In this document: positions 49,141-60,870 of the stretch, piece by piece
How positions within the stretch are numbered: the first letter of the stretch is position 1
Layout of the letters: the number at the start of each line of letters is the position of its first letter
Assembly: GCF_009834535.1 (NCBI RefSeq)
Contig: NC_045705.1
Span: forward strand, 62,992,001 to 63,056,000
DNA length: 64,000 nucleotides
Origin: Camelus ferus
Lineage: Eukaryota
Direction: 5' to 3'
Program-made: the position numbers and the translations under genes
The notes under the pieces: model-generated
What the model was told of the DNA's origin: nothing
What the model saw: only the letters and a program-made list of their open reading frames with translations
Database searches by the model: none

Positions 49141-51779
49141 TTCAAGTCAGGTGCCCCCGGACACACTGCCGGGAGGAGGGAGGGGCCACAGGCTGGGAGA
49201 GCATGTCCTGTGACCTGCCTGGGGAAGGGCTGGGAGTTTCCAGGACAGCTCCTCTAGCCCCATGTTCCCCTCGTGCTTCTGTCTATGGGGGAGATGGAGC
49301 TCCCACACCTGGAGCAGGCTCATCACAATGCACCTGGGTGGTCACCTGTCTCCCCAGCTTTGCCACATGCCCTGGCGCCTGGGCTGAGCTCATCTCCATC
49401 CCCAGAGCCCAGAGCCCAGCCCAGGACCTGACCCTGCCTCCATCACTGCATGCTGACATGAGTAAAGCAGTGGAGTTAGATGTCTCCATGCTGGGGGGGT
49501 CCTGGCCGGGGTGGCCTGACTGGGTAAGAGGGCGGGAGCTGCTGTAACTCTGGGGAGGCAAGGAAGCTCCCTCCCCGGACACTCAGCTTCCCTCCTGCTT
49601 CCCTGGCAGGTCCAGGTGCTCACCACAGGAGGTGGAGAAACATCCACGCTTCAGAAAGCCAAGCAAGGGGAGAGGGCCCTGTAGTCCCCCACTCAGTGTC
49701 ATTGTCACCTCCCCTCACCCAGCCTGGCCCCTCCTGTCAGCTCTGTACCAACTCACACTGGATCCTTCAGTGACTCCAAGCCATTGCTCAACCCACCCCT
49801 CCAAATAACAACCTTCCCACCCCCATCCCCGAAGACCTCTCCCCACCCAGTTACCCCCGTCGGCACCACCCTCATTCCTCCCAAATGCTGACAAATCTGG
49901 ATTCTGAGCCAGAATGACCTGGGGGTCCTGAGCCCAATCCCCACCCTTTCTGCTCCCCCTCACGCACACACCCATTTTCAGATAAAGACATCCACCCCAG
50001 TGTCAAGGACACCCACCAGCTGCCAGCTGAGTACCTCCCCTGCCCTTTCACAAGCCTCCGTGCCCAGCCCTGACTGGGCGGATGGAGCCCTTGACCCTTG
50101 AGTGACTAGAGGGACACTTGATGGAAGGCTCAGCCTTTCTGTCACCACCACGGCTCATAGGCCCAGCTGCCCAGGACCTTCCTGCCTCCTGTGGGTCACG
50201 TGACAGGCTGGCTCCAGTGTGCCTGCCCTGAGCCCCAGCTGAACCAAGACTGGGCTCTGGAATTTAGAATCAGACAGACCTGGCTGGACAACCTCAGACA
50301 AGTTCCTAACCCTCTCTGAGCCTCTGACATTTGTAACTAACTCCAATCTGGCCCCTGGGGCTCCCAAGGGGCCTGAGGAGGGGATCCAATGGGCCATGTG
50401 GGTTTGAGACCCCTCTCTTCCCTCCCTCCCTTTTAGAAGGTGAGGGCAGGAGGCTTTTCTGTGGGGAGTAGGTTGGGAGGGCGAGGAAGGACCAGTGTGC
50501 CTTCCGACCTTGCCTCAGGACCCAGCCCTACCTAGCTCAGAGACCACCTGCCTGAGGAGGAAGATGATGGTGCCAATGAGGAGAGACAGTCTGGGGTGCC
50601 TCCTAGTGGGCACCAAGGGAATGTCTCCTCGGGCAGAGGATAATCAGCCTTCCAGTCTAGTCCCTTAATGTAAGGCTCTCAGCTTGGAATCGGGGTCCAG
50701 TACTGACGCATCACGGCCAGCTCTGGCAAAAGTCACCTCTCCTCAGGGAACCTCAGTTTCCTCATTCCCCAAACGGAGATGATGATAATAATACCACGCA
50801 CAGGACCACTTCAGTGGAGGCTTCAGTCGGGTGGCCAGGTGACCCTGCCATGCACACAGACATCGCCTTGAATGTGTTTTCAAGGTCCAGAGAGGTAGTA
50901 GTTTGCTTGAGGGCCACAGCAAGCTAGTGGATGAGCTGGGGGGAGGAGCCAGGTTTCAGACTCCTGGTCCACTGCTCCTTCCACTCCTGGGTGCTGTGCC
51001 ATGTGACCTTGGACTTTCCAGGCTTATTAATTCCTCCATGTGGCTCTGGGCATTTTCAGATCTTTTAGCGCTATTAACACACCTGTCCCAGGAACAAGCT
51101 TACGATCGCATCCAATTAACCTTCCTGCCAAACAACATGGGATGTGATTTCTTTTCCAGTGCTTGCAGTGATATCTCTGTTCCCATCTCTTTCCCCAAAG
51201 ACAGAAGCCCCACGTGAGCCCTGGGGTGGCTGTGCTGTCCCTTAAGCTGGGGCCATGCAACGCTAGCCCACAGCACACAGGCCCCAGGTCCTGCTTATCC
51301 AAGCCCCAGGTGGGACCTTGCTCCTGCTCTGGGTGGGAAACTGCATATGTGTGCTGGGGGCAGGGTGGCAGAAGAATGAGGCCTCCCCCAGTGGAGAAGG
51401 AGGATGTGGAAGGTGGGTTCCCAGCCCCAGCCCCAGAGGGTCAGTTTATTTGGTCTCTAATGAAAAGGGTTCTTCCTGAATTCCTCCACGGTGCTGGTGG
51501 GGTGACCCTGGGGGCATGGACTAGACCAGAGGGGAACTGGGCCCAGCCCGAGGCTGTGTCTGCCCAGTAGGCTCTCACCTTTCACCTGGGCTGTGTGCTT
51601 ATCTGGGGGCGGCTGGAGCTCCCCCTGCTGCCCCCTCACTGAGCATCTGAAGGGGTTACACTCACACACTTGTACATGCTGTGACACACCAGCTTTTAAG
51701 AAACATCCACAAGTACACAGATGCACAGACAGGCAAAGACAGAGACTGTGTGATCACACAACCCTGAATAGACTCATGC

Positions 51780-51780
<1 letters not shown>

Positions 51781-51815
<35 letters not shown>
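51781..51815. repeat. (CA)~17 microsatellite
   Basis: Read directly from the sequence. Confidence 0.95.
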
Positions 51816-51818
<3 letters not shown>

Positions 51819-52439
51819 AAAGGAAAGGAAAAGGGTCCAAAGGATAGAGTCAGGCCCTTGGGAAGTGGGCTGAGCCAGGGTGTGAGTGCATAGTTGGGAG
51901 GCTGTCGGGGAACAGAGCTGTGCCTCCTTCCAGGCAGGCGACCTTGAGGAGGGAGGCCTTTACCATGAGCGTGCGGGGCAGTGAGGACACACTTAGGTGT
52001 GACGCTAGGAAACTGATCCACATGGGGGATCTGATGGCTCCAGGAAGCCAGGGGAAAGCCAGCCCTGGAAGCTCTCCCCGACCCTATCCCGGCTGAATGG
52101 CTTTTACTTCCTCCCTGCTCAGCCTCTCACAGATCTCCTCCTCCTCTTCCCTTTCCCTGTTCCTCCCGCTCCCCCACATCTTCCCCTCCCCTCGGGGTCA
52201 TCCTTCTGCCATTTACAGCAGTCCTTGCCTGGCACCAGTACCTCCTCCAAGGCCCAGGCTGCTCTGAGAAGCTTTCCTCCCACCTCCTCCCTGAGGCAGG
52301 TTAACCCCTGCCTTCTCATGCCCCGGGGCCCCTGCACACCCATAGCTCCCAAGGCTTCCCAGTGTAATGCTCCGTGGACGCACCTCACTCCTTGACTCTG
52401 TGAGAAAGCTGTGCTTTTCTAAGGGCCAGAGGAGGCCGT

Positions 52440-52640
52440 GCCACGGCTTCACTGGAGCTGCGTAGGATGGGATTTGTGATTTTGCAACTTCCTCAAGGTC
52501 ATATGGCTGGTAAATGCTGGACCTGGGACTTGAACTCAGGACTGTGTACTCCCAGACCCTGAATTCTTAACTGGTGGGCCTGCTTCCTTAACCCCATTTT
52601 ACAGATGTGGGAGTTGAGATTCAGAAGCTGAGCGAGTCAG
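52440..52640 (-). mobile_element. MIR SINE fragments
   Basis: caaggtcatatggctggtaaatgctggacctgggacttgaactcagg; ccccattttacagatgtggg. Confidence 0.65.
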
Positions 52641-53009
52641 CCTGAGCCTGTGAACATCTCTGAATGCTGGTCTGCCCACCCCATTTCCAGCTGCCTCAGA
52701 GCCTTCCGCCTGGGCTGTCATGTCAGTGGTAACCGGCACCAATGGACCAGGGTCCCTGGAGCCACAGCTGCGGCCCAGAGTGCATGGGGAGCTCAGTGCT
52801 GGGGGAGAAATGGAAAGTGACACTTCCTGGCCCCGCGGCCCCCCGCCTAAGCGCGGGGAGCAGATCGTGCACCTGGGCACAGGAGGTGGCAGAGCGCAGC
52901 AGCTGTCAGAGAATCAGGAGGCGGAGGGAATGGAAACTGACAGCTCACCCACAGGGACTGCTGGGCACCGCTGGGCACCCACCACAGCTGGGGCTGAGGC
53001 GGGGCGGGG

Positions 53010-53044
53010 CCCCTGGCTCCCCTGGCTCCCCTGGCTCCCCAGGC
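53010..53044. repeat. Short tandem repeat (CCCTGGCTCC) x ~3.5
   Basis: ccctggctcc cctggctccc ctggctcccc agg. Confidence 0.8.
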
Positions 53045-53424
53045 AGGAAGGGGCAGGAGTTTCAGCTGGTTCCCCATACAATGGCAGGATGACTAGGGGC
53101 TAGAAGCCTCGATTCAAATAGCAGGTGAGCCCTCACCAGCTCTGCAACTGCAGGCAAGTTGCTTAGCCTCTCTGGGCCTCAGTGCCTCCTGTATAAAATG
53201 TGGACAGTAACAGTACCTCCGGCATTGCTAAGAGCCTTAGGGGTGTCAGCATATATAAAGTGCCAGCCAGCACCCAGTAAACATTGTCATGTGGACTGAC
53301 CGAGTCTAAGAGAGACGATTCACACGCGGCTGCTGTGGGGGACTGAAGAATTATAAATAGGAGAAGCACGTAGTACCTGGCATACAGCAAGCTCTATACC
53401 AGTAAAAGTTCTTATTATTAGAAG

Positions 53425-53583
53425 CAGGGCAGGCTACATAATTTGCAGAGCCCAGTACAAAATGAAAACATGGGGCCCCTGTTCAAAAATTGTTAAGAAT
53501 TTCAAGACAGAAACAGTAGAACATTAAACCAAGCCTGCGGCCCTGAGTGACGGCAGAGGTTATACCCCGTAAAGCTGGGCCTG
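53425..53583 (-). mobile_element. MER45A-like hAT-Tip100 MITE
   Basis: cagggcaggctacataatttgcagagcccagtacaaaatgaaaacatggggcccctgttcaaaaattgttaagaatttcaagac...cattaaaccaag...gctgggcctg matches the reverse complement of the MER45A consensus as I recall it. Confidence 0.8.
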
Positions 53584-54377
53584 ACCAGGTCCTTACAGTG
53601 GTTCAGCGGTCTGTCCTCAGGAAGGCTGTCCGTCTGCTCAGTGCTGGAGCTGGGTGAGGGCTTCTCCTACCCTGCCTTCCCTAGTCTCCAGATTATTCCA
53701 GAAGACCCCCTTGTGACCGGGAGCTCCAGACAGCCCTCTCTTATTTACCCCAGGCCCAGATTCATTTTTCCTGTATGAGAGGAAGACTTTGGGTCTGCCC
53801 TGGGCTTTGAACCTTTCCAGACAGACCCAGAGTCCTCAACCATCAGGGCAAATGGCCCTCTGAGATCATCCCTGTGCCTACCTCAAGACAGGAAGGTCCT
53901 GCCCAAGGACTCCAGGACCCAGTGGAAGGACAGGATGAGGATTCAGCCTCTGACTGGGAGTTCTGTCTTGGGGAAACTACTCAGACACAACAGGGGATTT
54001 TGGGGCTCTGTGGTGGGGGAGAGGGACAGACATTCTCCAGTGAGGGAGGGAGGAGTTTCAGGATGGGGGAATTTCTGTTCTCTTGGCCTCTCTGTGTTTT
54101 CTGCAATGGAACAAACTGCTTTTGTAATAACAGGAAAAGACCATAAATGAGCCTTCATTTAAGGAAAAGCACAGAGTTCTCCTAGGAACCAAGAAGACAA
54201 GCCCTTGATGTAAAGTATATTCAGAGGGAAGAAATTTTTTTTTTAAAAAGGAGAGATGGTTAGATTAGAGCAACTGATCTTGTTGTAATAACTCCTCAAT
54301 GCTCTCCGCCTTAATGAGAACCCTGGTTTGAGGGACTGAGACATGTCAGCTGGGCTCTGAGATTCCGCATAGGGGCA

Positions 54378-54380
<3 letters not shown>

Positions 54381-54410
<30 letters not shown>
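54381..54410. repeat. (GT)15 microsatellite
   Basis: Read directly from the sequence. Confidence 0.97.
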
Positions 54411-54413
<3 letters not shown>

Positions 54414-54519
54414 AGTAACAGAGTATGTGAGGTGAGGGACAGTCAGTCCCTCCAGAAGCCAGGCCTGAGGTGCCCCAGGGGTGATGAGGGAGGCAGATCT
54501 GCCGGGAAAGAACACAGAC

Positions 54520-54700
54520 TTTGGAACCAGGCACAGTAGAGCTGGAATTGAGCCCCATCAGTGACTGGCACTTTACTTCTCTGAGCTGCAGTTTCCTCAT
54601 TTATAAAATGGAGAAAACAACGTCTGTTTCACAGGGCTGTAGCTGTGGGGATTAAAGAAAATAAGCTGGCACAAAGAGTTAGCACGGAGCAGGTGTTCAG
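54520..54700 (+). mobile_element. MIR SINE
   Basis: ctctgagctgcagtttcctcatttataaaatggag. Confidence 0.75.
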
Positions 54701-55055
54701 CCATGAACCGCCCCCCAAACAAGGACCCATCTCCCTTTCACTGACACTGTGCTGGACAGCTTCACAAGCTGGTCCTCACTGTCATCTGTGATATGACCCC
54801 AGAGGGGAGCAGGGGGGACGGTGGCATCCTGGAGACCAGGGCACTGTTGCCATCCAACCTGTGCTCAGGGGGACAGACCCTCCTTCCACATTAGCTGAAG
54901 CTGGTGGAACCCTTGGCAGGACCCTGGAGGAGCCATTTGGCGGAGCATGGAGACCCCTAGTGGCCCCATGGGGGACTGCATGTATCCACATGAAATCTCC
55001 CACCAGGAGCCGGGCTGCTCAGTCCTTGGACTTCCCTCTGTGGCTCAGCAAACGA

Positions 55056-55191
55056 TTTTTTTTTTTTTTTTTCAGTTGGGGGAGGTAATTAGGCTTATTC
55101 ATTCATTTATTTTTAGAGGAGGTACTGGGGATTGAACCTAGGACCTTGTTATGCTGAGCATGTGCTCTACCACTTGGGCTATACCCTCCCC
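55056..55191 (-). mobile_element. Camelid vic-1-type tRNA-derived SINE, full length
   Basis: The minus strand reads GGGGAGGGTATAGCCCAAGTGGTAGAGCACATGCTCAGCATAACAAGGTCCTAGGTTCAATCCCCAGTACCTCC (Pol III A and B boxes), then an AT spacer, CCTAATTACCTCCCCC and a poly-A tail. Degenerate TSD CTCAGC(A/C)AAC(G)ATT at 55044-55057 and 55193-55205. Confidence 0.88.
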
Positions 55192-56069
55192 TCTCAGCCA
55201 ACATTCTTGAGCCCCTATTAAGTGCCAGAGCTTGTGCTAGGTGCTGGGGAAGCAGGGAAGAGAGAAGTCTGTCACTCCAGAGAAGCCCACCACCAGGAGA
55301 GCTGCAGAGGCTGGGCCACCCACTTCTACCCCTACATTCACCCACAAGAAAGAGAAAACAGGGTTCAGTCAGGGGACCTGTGGCAAGACAGCCCCTCTGC
55401 CACAAAGTACCTGGAATGAGCAAGACTTAAAAATTATTATGATTATTGAAGGTATAAAAGGGCAGATGTGTTGGGTTAGGGGTCGTGCTCCCTTGCTCTT
55501 CTCCAAGCACGTTGGAAACTGCTAGATATTTGCTTAAAACAAGCGTTTATAATGTGCCAGATACTGGGAGATGCCCTCTGCATGTGGCATCTTGTCTGAT
55601 CTCTGGGGAGCAGACACTCCAAGCCTGTGGCTGAGAAAGCTGGTGCTCAGGGAGGTTTAGGTCATTAAGAGTTGGGATTTGAACCGAGGTTGACCTGACT
55701 CCAGGGCTCATGTTCTTTATGCAAGAGGCAATGTTTCTGCCAAGTGGGGCAGCCTGTGACTTTCCAATAACATTGACTCACCTTCCTGGGCCTCAGAGCC
55801 CTCCTCAGTCAGGCCAGATGTTTCGTTTGGTGTTGTTGAAGACCCTGCGGGCACTGGTTCCCAGTCTTGTCTGCACATTGGATTCGGTGGATTTCCTTGC
55901 TCTGGGTACATCCCAGGCATTGGGACTTTAAAACTTCCCCGGTGGTTCTAAGGTGCATGGAGGACTGGGGAGGGCCTTGCTGGCCACGAAGCAGAAATTA
56001 AACTTTATTCTGCTAGGTGGTAAGACAGTGGGGTTCCCTCCCTCTCCCTGTGCCCAGGTCTTCTCGATT

Positions 56070-56490
56070 GCCTTTTATTATTTATTTATTTGTGTAGTCT
56101 ATAAAATTCCTTCCTTTAAAGTGTACAGTTCAGTGGGCTTGAGAGTGTAGACCAGGTGGTGCAACCATCACCGTATCAGATTGCAGAACATTTTCATCAC
56201 CCCAAAAAGAAACCCTGTACCTGTTAGTGGTCCCTCCCCATCACCTCTCCCGCTAGCCACCGGCAATACTAATCTACTTTCTGTCTCTGCAGATTTGCCT
56301 CTTCTGGAAATTTCATGTCAATGGAGTCATACAATACATGGCTCTATGTGTCCAGATTCTTTCATTTCCATTTATGTGTTCAAGGTTCAACTGTGTTGTA
56401 ACCTGTACCAGTTCTCCACTCATTTTTATGGCTGAATAATACTCCATTGCATGGCTATATCACACTTGAAAAATCAATTCATCAGTTGAC
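56070..56490 (-). mobile_element. L1 (L1MB-like) 3' UTR fragment
   Basis: ttaaagtgtacagttcagtgg...gaacattttcatcaccccaaaaagaaaccctgtacc...tttttatggctgaataatactccattgcatgg. Confidence 0.85.
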
Positions 56491-56759
56491 AGATGGTTTT
56501 AAGGCTCTGACGTTCTCTTGGCCGAGAGAGGTGACCTGGTTTACCCAGGTGGTGGGTGACCTGGTTTACCCAGGCTGAGAGAGACACCAGAGAGCGTGGA
56601 CACTGCCTCTCAAGCCTGCGTGAAGGAAAGCGCAAAGGGCCGGGGTGTGAAAATCAACCCTGGAAAGCTCCAGGGGGCACAGTGGGGTAGATCCTGAGCA
56701 ACTGTGAGAGGTGGGTCATCACTGCCCCCTCACCTCCTTCCATGAAGATAACCAAGGAC

Positions 56760-58100
56760 CTGGGCAAAACAGTCACAAAGCTGCATCATTGAGGCATTGC
56801 TAAACAGTAAAAAACAAAAAAACAAAAACAAAAAGCAGAAATAACCTAGATGCCCAACAATAGGGAACTTGTTAAGCAAGCAATGCCACTCCTATCCAAG
56901 GGGATACCCTGCAGTCAAAAATGACACAATATCAGCTCCCTTTTATCACGGTGCCAAGTCCTGCTTGTGCATCTGATGTGTGCTGACTGATGGCAACCTC
57001 ATGAAGTAGGTGATTTTATGATTCCCATTTAAAATAAGGAGACGAAAATGGGGAGCGTTTAGGCAACTTACCCAATGCTGCGCAGTTAGGAAGCAGTGGG
57101 GCTGAGAAACAAACCAGGGTCCACTTACTTAGTATCTCTGCTCTACCACCTCTCAGAAGGTAGAAAAATATTTACCAACATGAGAAACCATTCACAAAAT
57201 ATTGGTTCAATGAATAAATCAGATTATGGAATAGTACACAGGGGTATGAACCAAGCCTTGAAGGAGATCCGCCAGACTGTGGATCAGAGAGATTTCTGCA
57301 CAGTTGGATTAAGAATAATTATTTCTGCCTTGTGTTTGCATTTTATCAATCTTGTACAAGAAGCATGTTTTTGTTTTCAGGAAGAAAAGTATTTTATTTG
57401 GCTCACTTAAAAAAAATAAACAACTTTCATACATTGCTGGTGGGAATTCCACATGGTACACTCCCTGTGAAGGACAGTTTTGTACTGTTTACCAAAGCTG
57501 CAAATGCATTTGCCCTTTGACTCAGCAATCCTGAATCTACATTTCATCCTGTAGGTAGAGCTGTGCGTGGATGACGAATGAGGCAACTCACTGCAGGATT
57601 GCTTATTATAGCAAATGATTGGAAACAACTTAAACATGCATTGTATGGGGGTCTGGTTAAATAATCTTTGGAAGGAATACTCTACAGCCATAAAAAAGAA
57701 TAAGGAAGATTTCTATACTGCTAGGGAAAGGGAACTGGGGTATTTTTCATGAAAAGGGCAAGACTGAGAACAGTGTACTCATAATGTTACTTCTGGGGTA
57801 AGAAAGAAAAGAAGAGAGAAAATGTATTTCATGTCTGCTTATACTTTATCATAATGATGCTGGAAGGCAAGGGTGATCATCAGAATATTTAACAGCCAAG
57901 AAATAACAGACAGCAGCTTGCTCTGTAACCACTGTAGAAGGGAAACTCAAGAAACTAGATGTGGCTGCCTACAGGGACAGGGAAATGGGCTGAACGGGAC
58001 AAGCGTGGGAATGAGGTTGATTTCTCAGCCTCTGCTTTTTTATACCGTTTTAGTTTTTGAACCATGGAACTGTATTACCTGGTCAAAATAATAATAACTT
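56760..58100 (+). mobile_element. Old L1 (L1ME-like) fragments with an antisense MIR (~56950-57150) among them
   Basis: catacattgctggtgggaat...ttgactcagcaatcc...ggaatactctacagccataaaaaagaat. Confidence 0.7.
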
Positions 58101-58779
58101 TTGAAAACACCACACACAAAATTGCTTCCAGTCTCTGCTTCCCCCACCCCAGGGATGTAGGGAAGTCTCCGAGGGGAGAGGATTTTGTGGATTGCAGAAG
58201 CGCTGAATCGCGGAGCAACCACCATGGTACTGGCCCAGATATGCAGAAGATGACATAAGTAAGGGGCAGATGTGTTACTTCCCTCCTCAGAGACTCTTCG
58301 GGCTTTCTGGTGAGGGCAAAGGCTTTGAGGCTTTCTCATTTGCCTGGGCTTGGCACATAGTAGGCTCTTAGTAAGCGTTTGTTTAATTAATTGCTCCCCT
58401 GCCGACCTGATTATTCCACCCTCGGGGTGGTAAGCCTCTTACCTACGCGGATCTGCCCCGTGGCTTAAGCTGTGAGTTGCTGGTACTTGGGGACATATTA
58501 CTTTAATCAGATAATCAGATTACCCTTTTCCCTGGCATCTGGCAGCGACCAGTGCATTACAGAAAGGGAGATGAAAGCATAAAGCGTCCAACCCATCGGG
58601 CTGGTGTTTATGAAGCACTTGCCATGCATGGGCCCCAGACGTAGGTTCTGCGACGCAACATGCCCTTGGACTTCCTCTCTCGGGGCAGCTGTTCTCTGTG
58701 TATCCATTCTGCAGCTAACACCCACGGAGCACTTTCACGTAGCCTCTCCCTTGGTCCTCTCCATAGCCCTGCATGGGAA

Positions 58780-59140
58780 GTGCTCTCATTATTCAATGCC
58801 TGGAAGTGCAAGTGACACAAACCAGACTCCAACTCACTTAAGCAAGAGAAGATTGTTATTGGCTCGTACAGCTCGGAAGGTGGGTAGGTTTCAGGTATGG
58901 TGAGATCAAGGCTCTGTCTGTTTCTGTTTTCCCCCATGTCCCCTTTGCTCTCAGTGTTGACTTCCCTCATGGCTGCAAGACGGCCACCCATAGCAGGGGG
59001 CAGTGTATTTCTTTGTCTGTGTCCATCAGAAGAGAGACTGAGCTTTTCAGGGCTCTCTCTCAAGAGTAAGTAAGAGTCTTTCCTGAAAGCTTCAAGTAAG
59101 CCTAACCTCACAACCCATTAACACGAATTGGCTTAGACCA
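58780..59140. mobile_element. MaLR LTR (MLT1J/K/L-like)
   Basis: gtgcaagtgacacaaaccagactccaactcacttaagc...ctcatggctgcaagacggcc...gaattggcttagaccatccc. Confidence 0.65.
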
Positions 59141-59147
59141 TCCCACC

Positions 59148-59300
59148 CCAGCTGCACATCAGAATCACAAGAGAATTTTTGAAAAAAAATCTGGTGCCCA
59201 AGCCCTACTACCCTAGTCCTGTTAAATCAGAAACTTTGTGGGAGGGGCCCAGGGATCAGCGTTGTAGCAAAGCTTCCCGGTGCTTCTAATGCACAATGAG
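59148..59300. mobile_element. MER5A/B-like hAT-Charlie MITE
   Basis: gctgcacatcagaatcac...aatcagaaactttgtgggaggggcccaggg...ggtgcttctaatgcac. Confidence 0.75.
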
Positions 59301-60479
59301 GGCCTCGGGGTTAAGCTTGGGGCTTTGTCTCCCAAAGAAGTTATCTATCCAGTGACAGAGAGCTTGGCCTGATGAACCAGAAAACTTTGCACCTGTGGCC
59401 CCTTGCTGGACCCTGCTGCCCATAGTATACAAGCAATTAATAATTTTAATAAATCCTGTGATTTTCTTGTGAACAGCATAATTATATTGCTTAGCAATTT
59501 GTGTGTGTGCTCAAAGCATTAATTTGTTCAATGTAAATATCTAAAATATGCCACAATTATCGTAAGCTGTGTTCGCATGTCTTGGTTTTTTAATAAGCTG
59601 GGAGCTTCCAAAAAGGGAAGTAGCCCAGGCCTCTGGGCTTTTGAACGATTCCCAACCTGATGTCTGGTCCCAGGCTGAGTCACCCTTTTCCTTCTGTGGA
59701 CGTTGGAAATTTTGATCCCAATTCTTCATTGCCCTGTAGTGGCATTGTGCATTTCCCCCTTCACACAGGGGAGCAGTGGCCACAGGAGGAGGGAGAGAAA
59801 GATGTTGAGTTTTAGAGAATCCAGTAGAGAACACTTCTCTTCCCCATCCCAGCCTGGAACCCACTAAGAGAGCCACACGACCAGCCACACAGACAGAGAT
59901 TAAAATATTTCCCTCTGGCTGTGGTGGGTGGGGTACCCACCCTGTTCTTGACTGTGATCTTGATCAGGTGACTTGCTTTGACTGGTGGGGGATGAGGTGA
60001 ACAGAGGTTTAAAATGTGCTTTCCCCCAACCCACATCCCCCACATCCACCATAAGCGCTGGAAGAGCATGTCCCAAAGGGCTGCTGCCCCACCAGTCTGG
60101 GCCCCAGCATGAGACATTCATCTGGACCTGCTGGCTGCAGCAAAGCCACACAGCCAAGCCCAGCTCAGCTGCAGACCCATGAGCCTGAGAATAGGTGATT
60201 GTCATTTTCAGCCAGCGTTTTGGCATGTTTTGGTATACAGCACTATTGTCACATTCACTGCCTGATACATCTTCTCAGACTCTGCCGTCAACAGACATAC
60301 CAGCGCCAAGCTCTTTTGGTCCCAGAGGACATTAGGGGCCAAGTACGATGGCAAGGAATATCTGAACAGAGAGCATTTCCCTTCTGCGGTCCAGTAATAG
60401 CCTCTAATGTTTATGAAGGTTATGGCCAGGGTTTAGTCTAAGCAGAGCAATTGCAAGCATATGTTATTTTGGAACCATA

Positions 60480-60870
60480 TTGCCTGCTGGGTTTGCAGCC
60501 CAGCTCCACCACTGACATGCTCTGTGCCCTTGAACAGGTCACTTAACTTCTCTGGGCCTCAGGTACCTCATCTATAAAATGAAGATGTTAACAAGAGTAC
60601 CTACCTTTGTTGTGCCGATTTAACAAGTTAATTTGTATAAAATGTGTAGAGCAGTGTCTGGCACATAGTAGACATTATATAAGTGTGAGCTCGTATTATT
60701 AAGCACTCTCCAGGCATTTAATTCTCTCAACAAAGCAACCAGAGAGTCTTATCACTGTTTTGTGGATAAAGGAACTGAGGTTAAGAGAGGTCAAATAACT
60801 TGTCCAAGGTTACATAACATGTGAGTCACTGAGCCAAGGTATGAAAACAATTCCATCTGATTCCAAAACA
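60480..60870. mobile_element. Two MIRs tail to tail (plus ~60480-60700; minus ~60700-60870)
   Basis: cttaacttctctgggcctcaggtacctcatctataaaatg...ggcacatagtag, then ggaactgaggttaagagaggtcaaataacttgtccaaggttacata. Confidence 0.8.

Noticed and set aside
55119-55191. tRNA-like sequence with A and B boxes
   Set aside because: It is the head of a SINE (AT-rich linker, poly-A tail, TSD), not a tRNA gene.
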